Shown here: positions 48,320 to 57,550 of the stretch, one piece after another
Layout of the letters: every line of letters begins with the position of its first letter
Position numbering within the stretch: position 1 is the first letter of the stretch
Source: an uncultured Planctomycetota bacterium
Lineage (GTDB): Bacteria; Planctomycetota; Phycisphaerae; Tepidisphaerales; Tepidisphaeraceae
Assembly (NCBI GenBank): GCA_963841915.1
Contig: CAWJEN010000005.1
Coordinates: 224,001-288,000 of the forward strand
DNA length: 64,000 nucleotides
Reading direction: 5' to 3'
The notes under the pieces: generated by a model
Databases searched by the model: none
Told to the model about the DNA's origin: nothing
What the model saw: only the letters and a program-made list of their open reading frames with translations
Translations under genes and position numbers: made by a program

Positions 48320-48985
48320 CTACTTCCGCTTCGACTTCGCCCGGCCGGTCGACTCGCTCAAACGTGCGGCGGCATCGGTGAACAGGTCGGCCAGAGCCTC
48401 ACGATCGGCCTTGACGTCCGTCAGATTCGCCGTCGCCGTCTCCAGCGCTTCGGTCAGCTCCGCCTGAACGGCGGCAAGCTCTTCACGCAGCGCGGCGGAC
48501 TCATCAGTCAGCAGGCTCTTGAGCTCAGCGTCACGCTCGACACTGGCAGCGTCGGCGGCTTTGAGCTTGGTGCTGATCGCATCCATCTTGTCGCTGTGGT
48601 CGCTGTCGAGCTTCCGCATCGCGTCGGTGTGACTGCGGTCGAGCTCGCGCAGTTCGTCGCGACCCTTGCTCAGGCCGTCGTCGAGCCGCTCAGACAGGTC
48701 GCTGATGCGGCCGTCAAGGGCCTCGACGGCTGACTCGACGCGGGAGACGATGTCGTCCCGCATCGTCTCCATGTCGGCTTGAATCTGCTCCTCGAGGTCA
48801 CCCAGGCGGCGCTCGGTGTCACGCTGCTGGTTGCCGAAGAGGATGTCGCGAACGCGGTCGAGCGAGTCGGGTGAGCCATCGCTCGCCGCCAGCGCGGCGG
48901 CGTGCCGGCCACCGACGCCGTTGGTCTCGAACGTGTCATCGTCATCGCGGATGCTCTTGCGAATTGCCTTGGTCTTCTTGGCCAT
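48320..48985 (-). CDS. Coiled-coil hypothetical protein
   Basis: LDRVRDILFG motif followed by acidic heptad repeats. Confidence 0.8.
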   Translation of the reverse strand: MAKKTKAIRKSIRDDDDTFETNGVGGRHAAALAASDGSPDSLDRVRDILFGNQQRDTERRLGDLEEQIQADMETMRDDIVSRVESAVEALDGRISDLSERLDDGLSKGRDELRELDRSHTDAMRKLDSDHSDKMDAISTKLKAADAASVERDAELKSLLTDESAALREELAAVQAELTEALETATANLTDVKADREALADLFTDAAARLSESTGRAKSKRK

Positions 48986-49181
48986 CGTGGCGCTCGGTTT
49001 CTGCGGGAAGGGTGTCGTGGTCGTTGCTGGGGCGGCCGTCCGTGACGGTCCCATAACGGCGAGGGGAGCTTAACGCAAATCCGCAGGTCTTGGCAACTTT
49101 GCGTGGAACAGGCGGTGATCCCGCGTCGCATTCAGATGCATTGGCCGCCAGATTCTTTCATTATTCGGACGTCTCATTCTC

Positions 49182-49209
49182 CCAACTGACTGGGCAGACG
49201 GGCCGATGC
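49182..49209 (+). promoter_or_regulatory. sigma28-like promoter
   Basis: CCAAC-N15-GCCGATGC, ~25 bp upstream of ATG 49235. Confidence 0.4.
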
Positions 49210-49234
49210 GGTGCATATCCCGCTCGGACTTGTT

Positions 49235-52200
49235 ATGCGACCACTCACCGAATGCCTGGAAGACCGCCGCCTGCTCGCCGCAGTGACAGCGATCGACTTC
49301 AACCTGCCGAACTTCTCGGCAGCCACCATTGCAAGCGGGTTTGGACCCGGCGTCGATGGCACAGATGCCGTGACCGTCCGCGGCAACGGTGATTTCGTTT
49401 CAAACCGGCTGCGACTGACGACCGCCAATCGGTTCGAGCAAGGCACTGCCTTCACAAACGACCGCCTGATCCTCGGTGACGACGTCGGCTTCTCGACCAA
49501 CTTCAGCTTCAACCTTGGCAAAGGCGACGGCATTCGCGGCGGTGACGGCATTGCTTTCGTTCTCTTCGGCGGAGACGGCGACCCGGCGCTGCCGAGCTTC
49601 CCCGGTGGCAGCCTCGGGTACGGCGGGCTCTTCCCGAGCCTCGCGGTCGAGTTCGACACACAGCAAACATTCGGCGACCCGGAAGGTGACCATGTCGCCA
49701 TCCACGCTTACGGCGACAGCTCCAGCCCGGTGCAGACGTCGGCTCTCAAAGTCCTCGACAGCGACCTCAATGACGGCCGCACGCGTTGGGCGTGGGTCGA
49801 CTACAACGCGCCGAGCGACACGATGCGAGTATACCTCAATGACGCCAGCACGAAGCCGTCCTTGCCGACGGTGTCGGCGACGTTGAACCTGAGCGACTTT
49901 GCCGGCGACGCGGCGAGTCTGGGCCTGACGGCTGCCAACAGCTGGCTCCGCAACCGGCACGACGTCTTGAGCTGGTCGTTCGACACCGTCACGGGTGGCC
50001 CGGGCAACACCGCCCCGACAGCAGGCAACGACAGCAAGACACTCAACCAGAACGCCGCCGCCACACCGATCGACGTGCTGGCGAACGACGGCGATGTCGA
50101 CGGCGACAGCCTGATCATCACCAGCGTCGGCCAAGCCAGCAACGGCACCGCTTCGACCGACGGCAACCGCGTCTTCTACAGGCCAGCCCAAGGCTACGCG
50201 GGCCTCGACAGCTTCACCTACACCATCAGCGACGGCCGTGGTGGATCGGCAACGGCGACCGTCAGCGTCACCGTCGACCAAGCACCGGCCAGCGGCTCCT
50301 TCGCCCTCGAGAGCGGCAGCTACACCGTCAACGAGAATGCCGGCTTTATCGACATCGGCGTCCTCCGCACCGGTGGCAGTGCCGGCGTGGCGACGCTCGA
50401 CTTCCTCACCGTCCCCGGCACCGCATCGGCGGGTGTCGACTACGCCAGCCGGAACGGAACGCTCCGCTTCGAAGCCGGTGAGACCCGCAAGACGATCCGC
50501 ATCAACATCACCGACGACACGCTCGTCGAGAATGACGAGATCTTCGGCGTCTCGCTCGATGCCGTCACAGGGGCCGACCTCGGCGCACCGCGGACGACGC
50601 AGATCACCATTACGGATAACGACGCCCCGCCGCCACCTGCATCGGGCCTGCCGTGGATCGAAGACTTCAGCCTGCCGAACAACACTCGCGTCGACACCGG
50701 CGCGACGGCCTGGTCGATCGACCTTGACGGTGCCCGCGCCAACTCCTTCCAAGTCGGCGGCAGCCAGCTTCGCCTGATCGACAGTGACCGCGTGGTCACG
50801 TGGACGAGCGAGCCCATCGACACGAGCGGCGTCGACAGCGTGTCGCTGTCGCTCACGCTCAACGGCACCGGCCCGATGGAAACGAGCGGTCGCTTCATCG
50901 ACTACGTCGAGATTCTCTACGCCGCCGACGGTGGGTCGCCCGTGCTGCTGGAGCGTCAGGTCGCAGAGACCGACGGCGTGCAAAGCCTCAGCTTCGACGG
51001 CCTGACCGGCGACTCGATTGCGATCATTATCCGCGGCGTCTCGACGACGACGAACGAGATCTTCTACATTGACGACATCACCCTCAGCGGTGACAACGCA
51101 CCGACCGTCGGCACGACCCGCTTCTACGAGCAGGCCGAGAACGCCGACCAGGCAGGTGTCGGAAACTGGACGCTCCGCAACGGCGGCAGCGGTGGCGGCT
51201 TCGTCGAGTGGACCGGCCCGTCACAGAACGACTCACCCAGCGCCGCACAGGCACTGACCTACAGCTTCACCACCGACGTTGCCGGCCTGCACGACGTTCA
51301 TCTGTCGGCACGTACGACGGGAAGCGGCGACAACAGCTTCTGGGTGCGTCTCAACACGAGCGACCGCAACAAAAGTCAGAACGTCACGCGCAGCGACGGC
51401 TTCGTGAAGTTCAACAGCCTGCCCGCCACGAGCGGCTTCGAGTGGGCGCCGGTCAGCAACAGCGACACGGCCGATGACGGCATCGCTCGCTTCTGGCTCG
51501 ACGCCGGCACGCACACCATCGAGATCGCCCCGCGTGAGCGCGGCGCAGACCTCGACGGCTTGTACGTCACCAACACGCCCGACGCGCCGACCGACGCAGG
51601 CCTCGACGCCGTTCAAAGCGACGGCGGCCCGGTCGACCCCGGCGAGCCGACCGGCACCTTCCAGAGGACGGTTCTGACGAGCGACGTCCAGAGCGTGACG
51701 GATGTCGTCATCGCCAACGGCCTCAGCGGCGAGACAGTCTTCATCGCAGAGCGGGCGGGAAGAATTCGCGTGATGATCGATGGCCAGATGCAGGCCGGCT
51801 CGTTCGTCGCCTTCGAAGATGAAGTCAACGGCACCCGCGACCGCGGCCTGCTCGGGCTGACGCTGCACCCGAACTTCCCGCAAGAGCCGTACGTCTACGC
51901 CCTGCACACTTACGACCCGCCCGAAGCGGCAAATGGCTCAGGCCTGGCCGCCCGCGATGCCAACGGCAACCGTGCCGGCCGACTCGTCCGCTTCACCGCC
52001 GACATCAACGAGGGTTACCTTAAAGCCGTCCCGAACAGCCAGGTGACAATCCTCGGCAAAAACTCCACGTGGAACAACATCAGCCAGCCCGGCAGCGACT
52101 CCACCGGCTCGAACAACTTTAACATTCCCGCCAGCGGCACGCCAGAAGATTCCCGCAACAACGGCGGGTACATCGATGACTTCATCGCCAGCGACAGCCA

Positions 52201-52960
52201 AAGCCACAGCGTCGGCGACATTGCCTTCGGACCCGACGGATTCCTCTACGTCACCCTCGGCGACGCCACCAGCTACGGCAGCGTCGACCCGCGCACCCGC
52301 TTCGTGCAGGACATCAACACGCTCCGCGGCAAGGTGCTCCGCATCGACCCGCAGACCGGCCAAGGCGTCTCGACCAACCCGTTCTACACCGGCAACCCCA
52401 ACGACAACGCCAGCCGCGTCTGGGCGCTTGGCCTGCGGAACCCATTCAGCGTCGCGGTCGATCCCGAGGACGGCGATCTATTCATCGGCGACGTCGGCTG
52501 GAACACCGTCGAAGAGATCAACCGCGTGGCCACCGGCAGCTTCGGCGGCACCAACTTCGGCTGGCCCTGGTACGAAGGCCGCTACACCGGCGACGCTCCG
52601 ACGAACGGCTATCGCAACCTCAGCTACGCCGACGGCATCTACGACAACCCGACGGTGCTCGAAGGCGTCCTGACCGAGCCGGTCTTCAGCCGCGACCACA
52701 GCGACGGTGCCCGGGCCTTCATCATCGGCGACTTCCTCACAGGCAGCAGTTACCCCAGCGCCCTCCGCGGCAGCCTGCTGTTGATCGACTGGCAAAGCGG
52801 CACGGTCGAGGCAGTCGTCATGGACGCCAACGACAACTTCGTCCGCACCGAAACGATCCTGACCGACGCCGGCCAGATCACGAGCATGTCCGCAACCGCC
52901 GACGGCAAGCTTTACTACGGCGACTGGCAAGGCAAGGTGGGCGTGATCGAGTTCAAGTGA
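49235..52960 (+). CDS. Large secreted multidomain protein: LEPRxLL-type motif, L-type lectin, Ig/cadherin-like, Calx-beta, CBM-like and glucose/sorbosone dehydrogenase-like propeller
   Basis: ECLEDRRLLA; GGDGIAFV..SLAVEFDT; PTAGND..IDVLANDGDVDGD..DSFTYTISDG; YTVNENAG..GTLRFEAGET..ITDDTLVENDE; DRGLLGLTLHPNF, FGPDGFLYVTLGD, GLRNPF, DVGWNTVEEIN. Confidence 0.9.
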   Translation: MRPLTECLEDRRLLAAVTAIDFNLPNFSAATIASGFGPGVDGTDAVTVRGNGDFVSNRLRLTTANRFEQGTAFTNDRLILGDDVGFSTNFSFNLGKGDGIRGGDGIAFVLFGGDGDPALPSFPGGSLGYGGLFPSLAVEFDTQQTFGDPEGDHVAIHAYGDSSSPVQTSALKVLDSDLNDGRTRWAWVDYNAPSDTMRVYLNDASTKPSLPTVSATLNLSDFAGDAASLGLTAANSWLRNRHDVLSWSFDTVTGGPGNTAPTAGNDSKTLNQNAAATPIDVLANDGDVDGDSLIITSVGQASNGTASTDGNRVFYRPAQGYAGLDSFTYTISDGRGGSATATVSVTVDQAPASGSFALESGSYTVNENAGFIDIGVLRTGGSAGVATLDFLTVPGTASAGVDYASRNGTLRFEAGETRKTIRINITDDTLVENDEIFGVSLDAVTGADLGAPRTTQITITDNDAPPPPASGLPWIEDFSLPNNTRVDTGATAWSIDLDGARANSFQVGGSQLRLIDSDRVVTWTSEPIDTSGVDSVSLSLTLNGTGPMETSGRFIDYVEILYAADGGSPVLLERQVAETDGVQSLSFDGLTGDSIAIIIRGVSTTTNEIFYIDDITLSGDNAPTVGTTRFYEQAENADQAGVGNWTLRNGGSGGGFVEWTGPSQNDSPSAAQALTYSFTTDVAGLHDVHLSARTTGSGDNSFWVRLNTSDRNKSQNVTRSDGFVKFNSLPATSGFEWAPVSNSDTADDGIARFWLDAGTHTIEIAPRERGADLDGLYVTNTPDAPTDAGLDAVQSDGGPVDPGEPTGTFQRTVLTSDVQSVTDVVIANGLSGETVFIAERAGRIRVMIDGQMQAGSFVAFEDEVNGTRDRGLLGLTLHPNFPQEPYVYALHTYDPPEAANGSGLAARDANGNRAGRLVRFTADINEGYLKAVPNSQVTILGKNSTWNNISQPGSDSTGSNNFNIPASGTPEDSRNNGGYIDDFIASDSQSHSVGDIAFGPDGFLYVTLGDATSYGSVDPRTRFVQDINTLRGKVLRIDPQTGQGVSTNPFYTGNPNDNASRVWALGLRNPFSVAVDPEDGDLFIGDVGWNTVEEINRVATGSFGGTNFGWPWYEGRYTGDAPTNGYRNLSYADGIYDNPTVLEGVLTEPVFSRDHSDGARAFIIGDFLTGSSYPSALRGSLLLIDWQSGTVEAVVMDANDNFVRTETILTDAGQITSMSATADGKLYYGDWQGKVGVIEFK

Positions 52961-52981
52961 ACGACAAGCGGTTAATGCGAT

Positions 52982-54268
52982 CTAAAGGCTTAGCTTCCAC
53001 TTCAACTGGCCACCGACGATCGTGTGCGTCGGGCGGCCTGTCAGGTCCCAGCCGTCGAACGGACAGTTGCGGCTCTTGCTGACGAAACCAGAAGCGTCGA
53101 CGGTCCATCGCAGCGACGGGTTGATGATGGTAACGTCTGCAATCGATCCCACAGCCAGAGTGCCGCGGTCGGGGGAAACCAGCGACGCCGGGGCTGTGGT
53201 CAACAGCTCGATCAGCTTCATCGCGTCGATGTAGCCGGCTTCGTAGAGCGCCTTCTTGTAGAGGCCGAACGCACATTCGAGACCGATGATGCCGAACGCC
53301 GCCTCGGCGAGCGGGACGGCTTTCTCCTGTGCCAGGTGCGGCGCGTGATCCGTCGCAAGGCAATCGATTGTGCCGTCGACCACACCTGCAATGACGGCTG
53401 CAACGTCGTCAGCCGTCCGTAGCGGAGGGTTCATCTTGTAGTTGGCGTCGTAGCTGCGGAGCGTTTCATCCGTCAGCAACAGGTGGTGCGGCGAGGCCTC
53501 TGCCGTCACGCGAAGTCCGTCGGCCTTGGCACGCCTGACAAGCTCGACCGCGCCGCGCGTGCTGATGTGCTGCACGTGATACCGGCAGCCGATGCGCGTG
53601 TTGAGCAGAATGTCGCGACCCAGCATCACCTCTTCGGCCTCGGGCGGTATGCCGGGAAGACCAAGCTCAGCTGCGACCGCCCCGCCGTTGACGCAGCCGC
53701 CCGAAAGGCTGGGCTCTTCACAGTGCTGCATCACCACCGCGTCAAACATGCGGCAATACTGCAGTGCCTTCCGCATGACGCCCGCGTCACTCACACCCGC
53801 GCCGTCGTCGGTGAATGCGACGGCCCCACGCTTGTGCATCGCCCCGATCTCTGCCAGCTCCGTTCCGCCCCGGCCCTTCGTCAGGCAACCCGTCGGCAGT
53901 ACGTTGGCCAAGCCGACCCGTGCCGACTCGCGCAGGACAAACTCGACTGACGCCTCGTCGTCCAGAGGCGGCGTCGTGTTGGGCATGCAGGCGACCGTCG
54001 TGAACCCACCGGCCACCGCCGCGGCGCTGCCGCTGGCGATCGTCTCCTCGGCCTCGTCGCCCGGCTCCCGCAGGTGCACGTGCGGGTCGATCAGGCCTGG
54101 CGTCACCCAGCAGCCCTCGGCATCGATCGTCTCGTCCGCTGCCCCTAGATCCTGACCGATCGCGACCACGCGGCCGTCCCGCAGGAGCACGTCCGCCCCC
54201 CGCGGCAACGCGGCAGACGGGTCGTAGATCGTTCCGTTCCGGATCAGCAGGCTCGCCATGTCCGCCAC
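52982..54268 (-). CDS. pyrC: Dihydroorotase
   Basis: PGLIDPHVHLREPG, AGGFTTVACMPNT, KMNPPLR, ATDHAPH, SKSRNCPF. Confidence 0.96.
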   Translation of the reverse strand: MADMASLLIRNGTIYDPSAALPRGADVLLRDGRVVAIGQDLGAADETIDAEGCWVTPGLIDPHVHLREPGDEAEETIASGSAAAVAGGFTTVACMPNTTPPLDDEASVEFVLRESARVGLANVLPTGCLTKGRGGTELAEIGAMHKRGAVAFTDDGAGVSDAGVMRKALQYCRMFDAVVMQHCEEPSLSGGCVNGGAVAAELGLPGIPPEAEEVMLGRDILLNTRIGCRYHVQHISTRGAVELVRRAKADGLRVTAEASPHHLLLTDETLRSYDANYKMNPPLRTADDVAAVIAGVVDGTIDCLATDHAPHLAQEKAVPLAEAAFGIIGLECAFGLYKKALYEAGYIDAMKLIELLTTAPASLVSPDRGTLAVGSIADVTIINPSLRWTVDASGFVSKSRNCPFDGWDLTGRPTHTIVGGQLKWKLSL

Positions 54269-54269
54269 G

Positions 54270-55211
54270 CTACGGCCTTGCCTGGTTCACCAGGTACAGC
54301 ACCGCCATCCGCACCGCCAAGCCATGGCTGACCTGGCTCAGAATCGCACTTTGCGGTCCGTCAGCAACGCTCGAATCGATCTCAACACCGCGATTCATCG
54401 GACCCGGATGCATGACCAGCAGCGTCGGCTGCGCCTTGGCCAGTCGCGTCGCATTCAACCCGAACAGGCTGGCATACTCGCGCTCGCTGGGAAACGCTGC
54501 CGACTTCATCCGCTCATGCTGGACCCGCAGCATGTTCACCGCATCGACCGTCGGGAGCACCGCGTCGAAGTCCGTCGACACTGCAACACCCGGCAGCTTC
54601 GCCAGCGACGTCGGCAACAGTGTCGACGGACCCACCAGCGTCACCCGCGCCCCCAGCTTGGTCAGCCCGAACACGTTGCTCCGTGCAACGCGGCTGTTGG
54701 CGATGTCTCCGACGACCGCGACGTGCAGTCCCTCGATCTTGCCGAAGTGGCGACGCAGGGTGTAAAGGTCGAGCAGGCCCTGCGTCGGGTGTTCATGCGC
54801 ACCGTCGCCTGCATTGACGACACTGCAGCCCACACTGTCGGCCACCAGCTTGGCAGCACCGGCAGAGGCGTGACGGACGACCATCACGTCGACACCCATC
54901 GCCTCGATATTCCGGACGGTGTCGCCCAGCGTCTCGCCCTTGCTGACGCTCGAGCCTTTAGCGCTGAAGTCGACCACGTCGGCAGACAACCGCTGGGCGG
55001 CCAGGCCGAAGCTGATGCGGGTCCGCGTCGAATCTTCGAAGAACGCGTTGACCACCACGCGACCCCGCAGGGCCGGCACCTTCTTGACGCTGCGGGTGCT
55101 GACCTCGCGAAAGCCGTCGGCCGTATCGAGCAGCAGCGTCAATTCTTCGGCCGACAGATCGCCGAGGCCCAGCAGGTGCTGGCGGTTCCACGTGGAACTT
55201 CTTTCACTCAT
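54270..55211 (-). CDS. pyrB: Aspartate carbamoyltransferase catalytic subunit
   Basis: FFEDSTRTRISF, NAGDGAHEHPTQGLLD, LRVQHER, MHPGPMNRGVEI. Confidence 0.97.
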   Translation of the reverse strand: MSERSSTWNRQHLLGLGDLSAEELTLLLDTADGFREVSTRSVKKVPALRGRVVVNAFFEDSTRTRISFGLAAQRLSADVVDFSAKGSSVSKGETLGDTVRNIEAMGVDVMVVRHASAGAAKLVADSVGCSVVNAGDGAHEHPTQGLLDLYTLRRHFGKIEGLHVAVVGDIANSRVARSNVFGLTKLGARVTLVGPSTLLPTSLAKLPGVAVSTDFDAVLPTVDAVNMLRVQHERMKSAAFPSEREYASLFGLNATRLAKAQPTLLVMHPGPMNRGVEIDSSVADGPQSAILSQVSHGLAVRMAVLYLVNQARP

Positions 55212-55747
55212 GGCGTCACCTCGATCGCGTCGTGGCCGTCGGTTTCGGTCATGCGAACGTTGACGCGGCCACTGGTCTCGAGCTTCGTCCCGGTGGCGTC
55301 TGCCTGCACCGGCAGCTCGCGCCCGTCGCGATCGACCAGCACCGCCAGCTTCACGAACTGTGGCCGGCCGTAGTCGGCGATGACGTTGAGTGCCGCCCTG
55401 ACGCTGCGACCGGTGAACAGCACGTCGTCGATCAAAAGCATCGGAACACCTGTCACGTCGTCAGGCATGTCGGTCGCCCGGACGACCGCTGCCGGACCGA
55501 TTTCACTCAAATCGTCCCGGTAGAGCGTCACGTCAACGCTGCCGCCACGAACGTCGTAGCCGCTTGTGGTCAGTCGCTCGCGAAGCCGAACCGCCAGCGT
55601 CTCTCCACGGGTCACGATGCCGATGACGTTGATCGGGCCGTCCTTGTACGGCACGACCAACTGCAGGACCGCATCCACCAGCTCATCGAAAGCAGCGTCG
55701 AACTCGGGCACCGCAGACACCCTACAACCGGCCACAGCCAAAGCCAC
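55208..55747 (-). CDS. pyrR: Pyrimidine regulator / uracil phosphoribosyltransferase
   Basis: GIVTRG, DVTLYRDDL, IDDVLFTGRSVRAAL, VLVDR..RELP. Confidence 0.93.
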   Translation of the reverse strand: MALAVAGCRVSAVPEFDAAFDELVDAVLQLVVPYKDGPINVIGIVTRGETLAVRLRERLTTSGYDVRGGSVDVTLYRDDLSEIGPAAVVRATDMPDDVTGVPMLLIDDVLFTGRSVRAALNVIADYGRPQFVKLAVLVDRDGRELPVQADATGTKLETSGRVNVRMTETDGHDAIEVTP

Positions 55748-55748
55748 T

Positions 55749-56657
55749 TCAGCCGCGCCCGGAGATCAGCTTGAACACCGTGATCTCCGGCTTGCACCAC
55801 CATTGCCACCGCTGCCCGTAGCTGAGCCCGCGATTAACGTACAACCGCCTGCCGCCGTCGAGCTCGTAGAGCCCGCGAACGAATTGCCTGCGTCTGTGCC
55901 CGTTGAGCCGCTTGCCGATCTTCGTCTCCGCCAGCTGTCTTCCGTGCGTGTGGCCTGAAAGCATCCAATCCCACCGATGCACTAGCAGCTCAGGTGCATT
56001 CCGCGGGTCGTGGTTCAGGCAGATCGTCGGCCCGTCGGTCGACCTGAATCCGGCATCGGCGTCAAGCCGCCCGCTCGCCAGATCGTCGAGCCCGACGAGC
56101 GTCAGACCCTCGACGTTCATCGACTCGTTCCTTAAGAGTCGCACGTTCTCACGCTGCAAGACGCTCGCCAGGTGGTCGCCGCGCCGATCACCCTCGCGTC
56201 GGTTGCGTGCACCGTGGGTGCCGTAGTCGTGGTTGCCGAGAATCGCGACGATGCCCATCGGCGGCATCGGGTCGAGATCGCCCAGCAGCTTCGCCGCCAT
56301 CTCCGCATACCGATAGCCGCCCGTGATGAGGTCGCCGGTCACGACCAGCAGGTCCGGTCGAAGCGACGCGACATGGCGAAGCTGCTCGCGCATGTACCCA
56401 CGCCAGACGACCGGGGAGACGTGCAGGTCGCTGATCTGCACGATCCGCTTACCCACCAGCGCCTGCGGCAGATCGGGGATGTCCATCGCCAGCCGTGCAA
56501 CGTCGAGCCACTTGCGGTGAATCGGTGCCGCATGCAAACCCGTGAGGCCCAGCTTGCTCAGCGTCCGCCAAGCCCGTCCACGACCGCTCCATTGCCGACG
56601 CCAGTCGGCCTCCTGCACCGCACGGTTCAGCGAGCTGGAGACATGTTGCAACGGCAC
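55749..56657 (-). CDS. Calcineurin-like metallophosphoesterase
   Basis: ISDLH, TGD, GNHD, NHDP, SGHTHG, NRGL. Confidence 0.92.
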   Translation of the reverse strand: MPLQHVSSSLNRAVQEADWRRQWSGRGRAWRTLSKLGLTGLHAAPIHRKWLDVARLAMDIPDLPQALVGKRIVQISDLHVSPVVWRGYMREQLRHVASLRPDLLVVTGDLITGGYRYAEMAAKLLGDLDPMPPMGIVAILGNHDYGTHGARNRREGDRRGDHLASVLQRENVRLLRNESMNVEGLTLVGLDDLASGRLDADAGFRSTDGPTICLNHDPRNAPELLVHRWDWMLSGHTHGRQLAETKIGKRLNGHRRRQFVRGLYELDGGRRLYVNRGLSYGQRWQWWCKPEITVFKLISGRG

Positions 56658-56665
56658 ACCCGACG

Positions 56666-57085
56666 CTACGCGATCGCCTTCGGCTTGAGCAGATCACGCA
56701 GCAACTGCCGCGTCTCACGGGTCAGCCCGACGTCCTTGGCGACTCGGTAGTTCAGCAGCCGCCCACGCTCGCGTCGCCAGAAACGTCCGCCGCTGACAGC
56801 CAGCTTGCCGACCGTCAGCCAAAGCGCCGGCTCGATCGCGTTACAGCACAAGGCGACCCCGCGTATGGCGTCTTCATCGTGTGGCGTCACGGCCAGACGC
56901 AGCCGTTCGTTGCTGCCGGGCTCGACCGCGTGCACGGCCCGCCCGAGGCGCTCTGCCGCGACCGCTGCCGCGTGCAGGAGCGGCTCGGCCAATTCGTCCC
57001 GCCAAGGCTGCTCGACCTGCGGATCACCGCGGTCGGTGCCGACGCGGTGTTGCACGATCGCACGCGTCCAGTCGTGCGGCTTCAT
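56666..57085 (-). CDS. Hypothetical protein (start uncertain, could extend to 57238)
   Basis: Co-oriented, ends 8 bp before next gene; MKPHDWTRAIV...LLRDLLKPKAIA. Confidence 0.6.
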   Translation of the reverse strand: MKPHDWTRAIVQHRVGTDRGDPQVEQPWRDELAEPLLHAAAVAAERLGRAVHAVEPGSNERLRLAVTPHDEDAIRGVALCCNAIEPALWLTVGKLAVSGGRFWRRERGRLLNYRVAKDVGLTRETRQLLRDLLKPKAIA

Positions 57086-57304
57086 GAGAACACGCAGCTC
57101 ATGCGCCTGACGTTGCGGCGACTGACTCGGCACCACGATGTCGGTCGACGCAGCGACGCGATGCGCTGTCCGCCTGCCCTTCGGCCGCACCGGCATCGGC
57201 CGCCTACGCGGCGCCACTTCTTCGTCACCCGGACACATCGGCCAAGCTTATGCGCTGCGCTTTGGCGGCCATCGGGGGTGGCGGCGGGGTCGACTCGCGA
57301 AGAA

Positions 57305-57320
57305 TGTTCCACGTGGAACA
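57305..57320. promoter_or_regulatory. parS: parS site
   Basis: TGTTCCACGTGGAACA perfect palindrome matching the bacterial parS consensus. Confidence 0.9.
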
Positions 57321-57379
57321 TCGGGCAACCCGCTTGGCCGTCGCTGGCGAGGGTTTGGTGTCTCGGCGGACGGGCAAAA

Positions 57380-57395
57380 TGTTCCACGTGGAACA
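57380..57395. promoter_or_regulatory. parS: parS site
   Basis: Second TGTTCCACGTGGAACA, 75 bp from the first. Confidence 0.9.
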
Positions 57396-57550
57396 CAATC
57401 GCCCTCTCGAAGTCCGTCGGCGGTACGTCGGCCTTAACGCAAATCCTGCCACATCCGCTGTAACTTCCGCGTGCAAAACACATAAAACCATGACAGCGGT
57501 ACGTCGTTATACGTGCGCAAAACTGTTGCGCCGCCGCGGCCGCCGATGGC

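Noticed and set aside
55747..55760. PyrR attenuator leader
   Set aside because: pyrR abuts the upstream phosphoesterase gene, leaving no leader, and no terminator/antiterminator is visible
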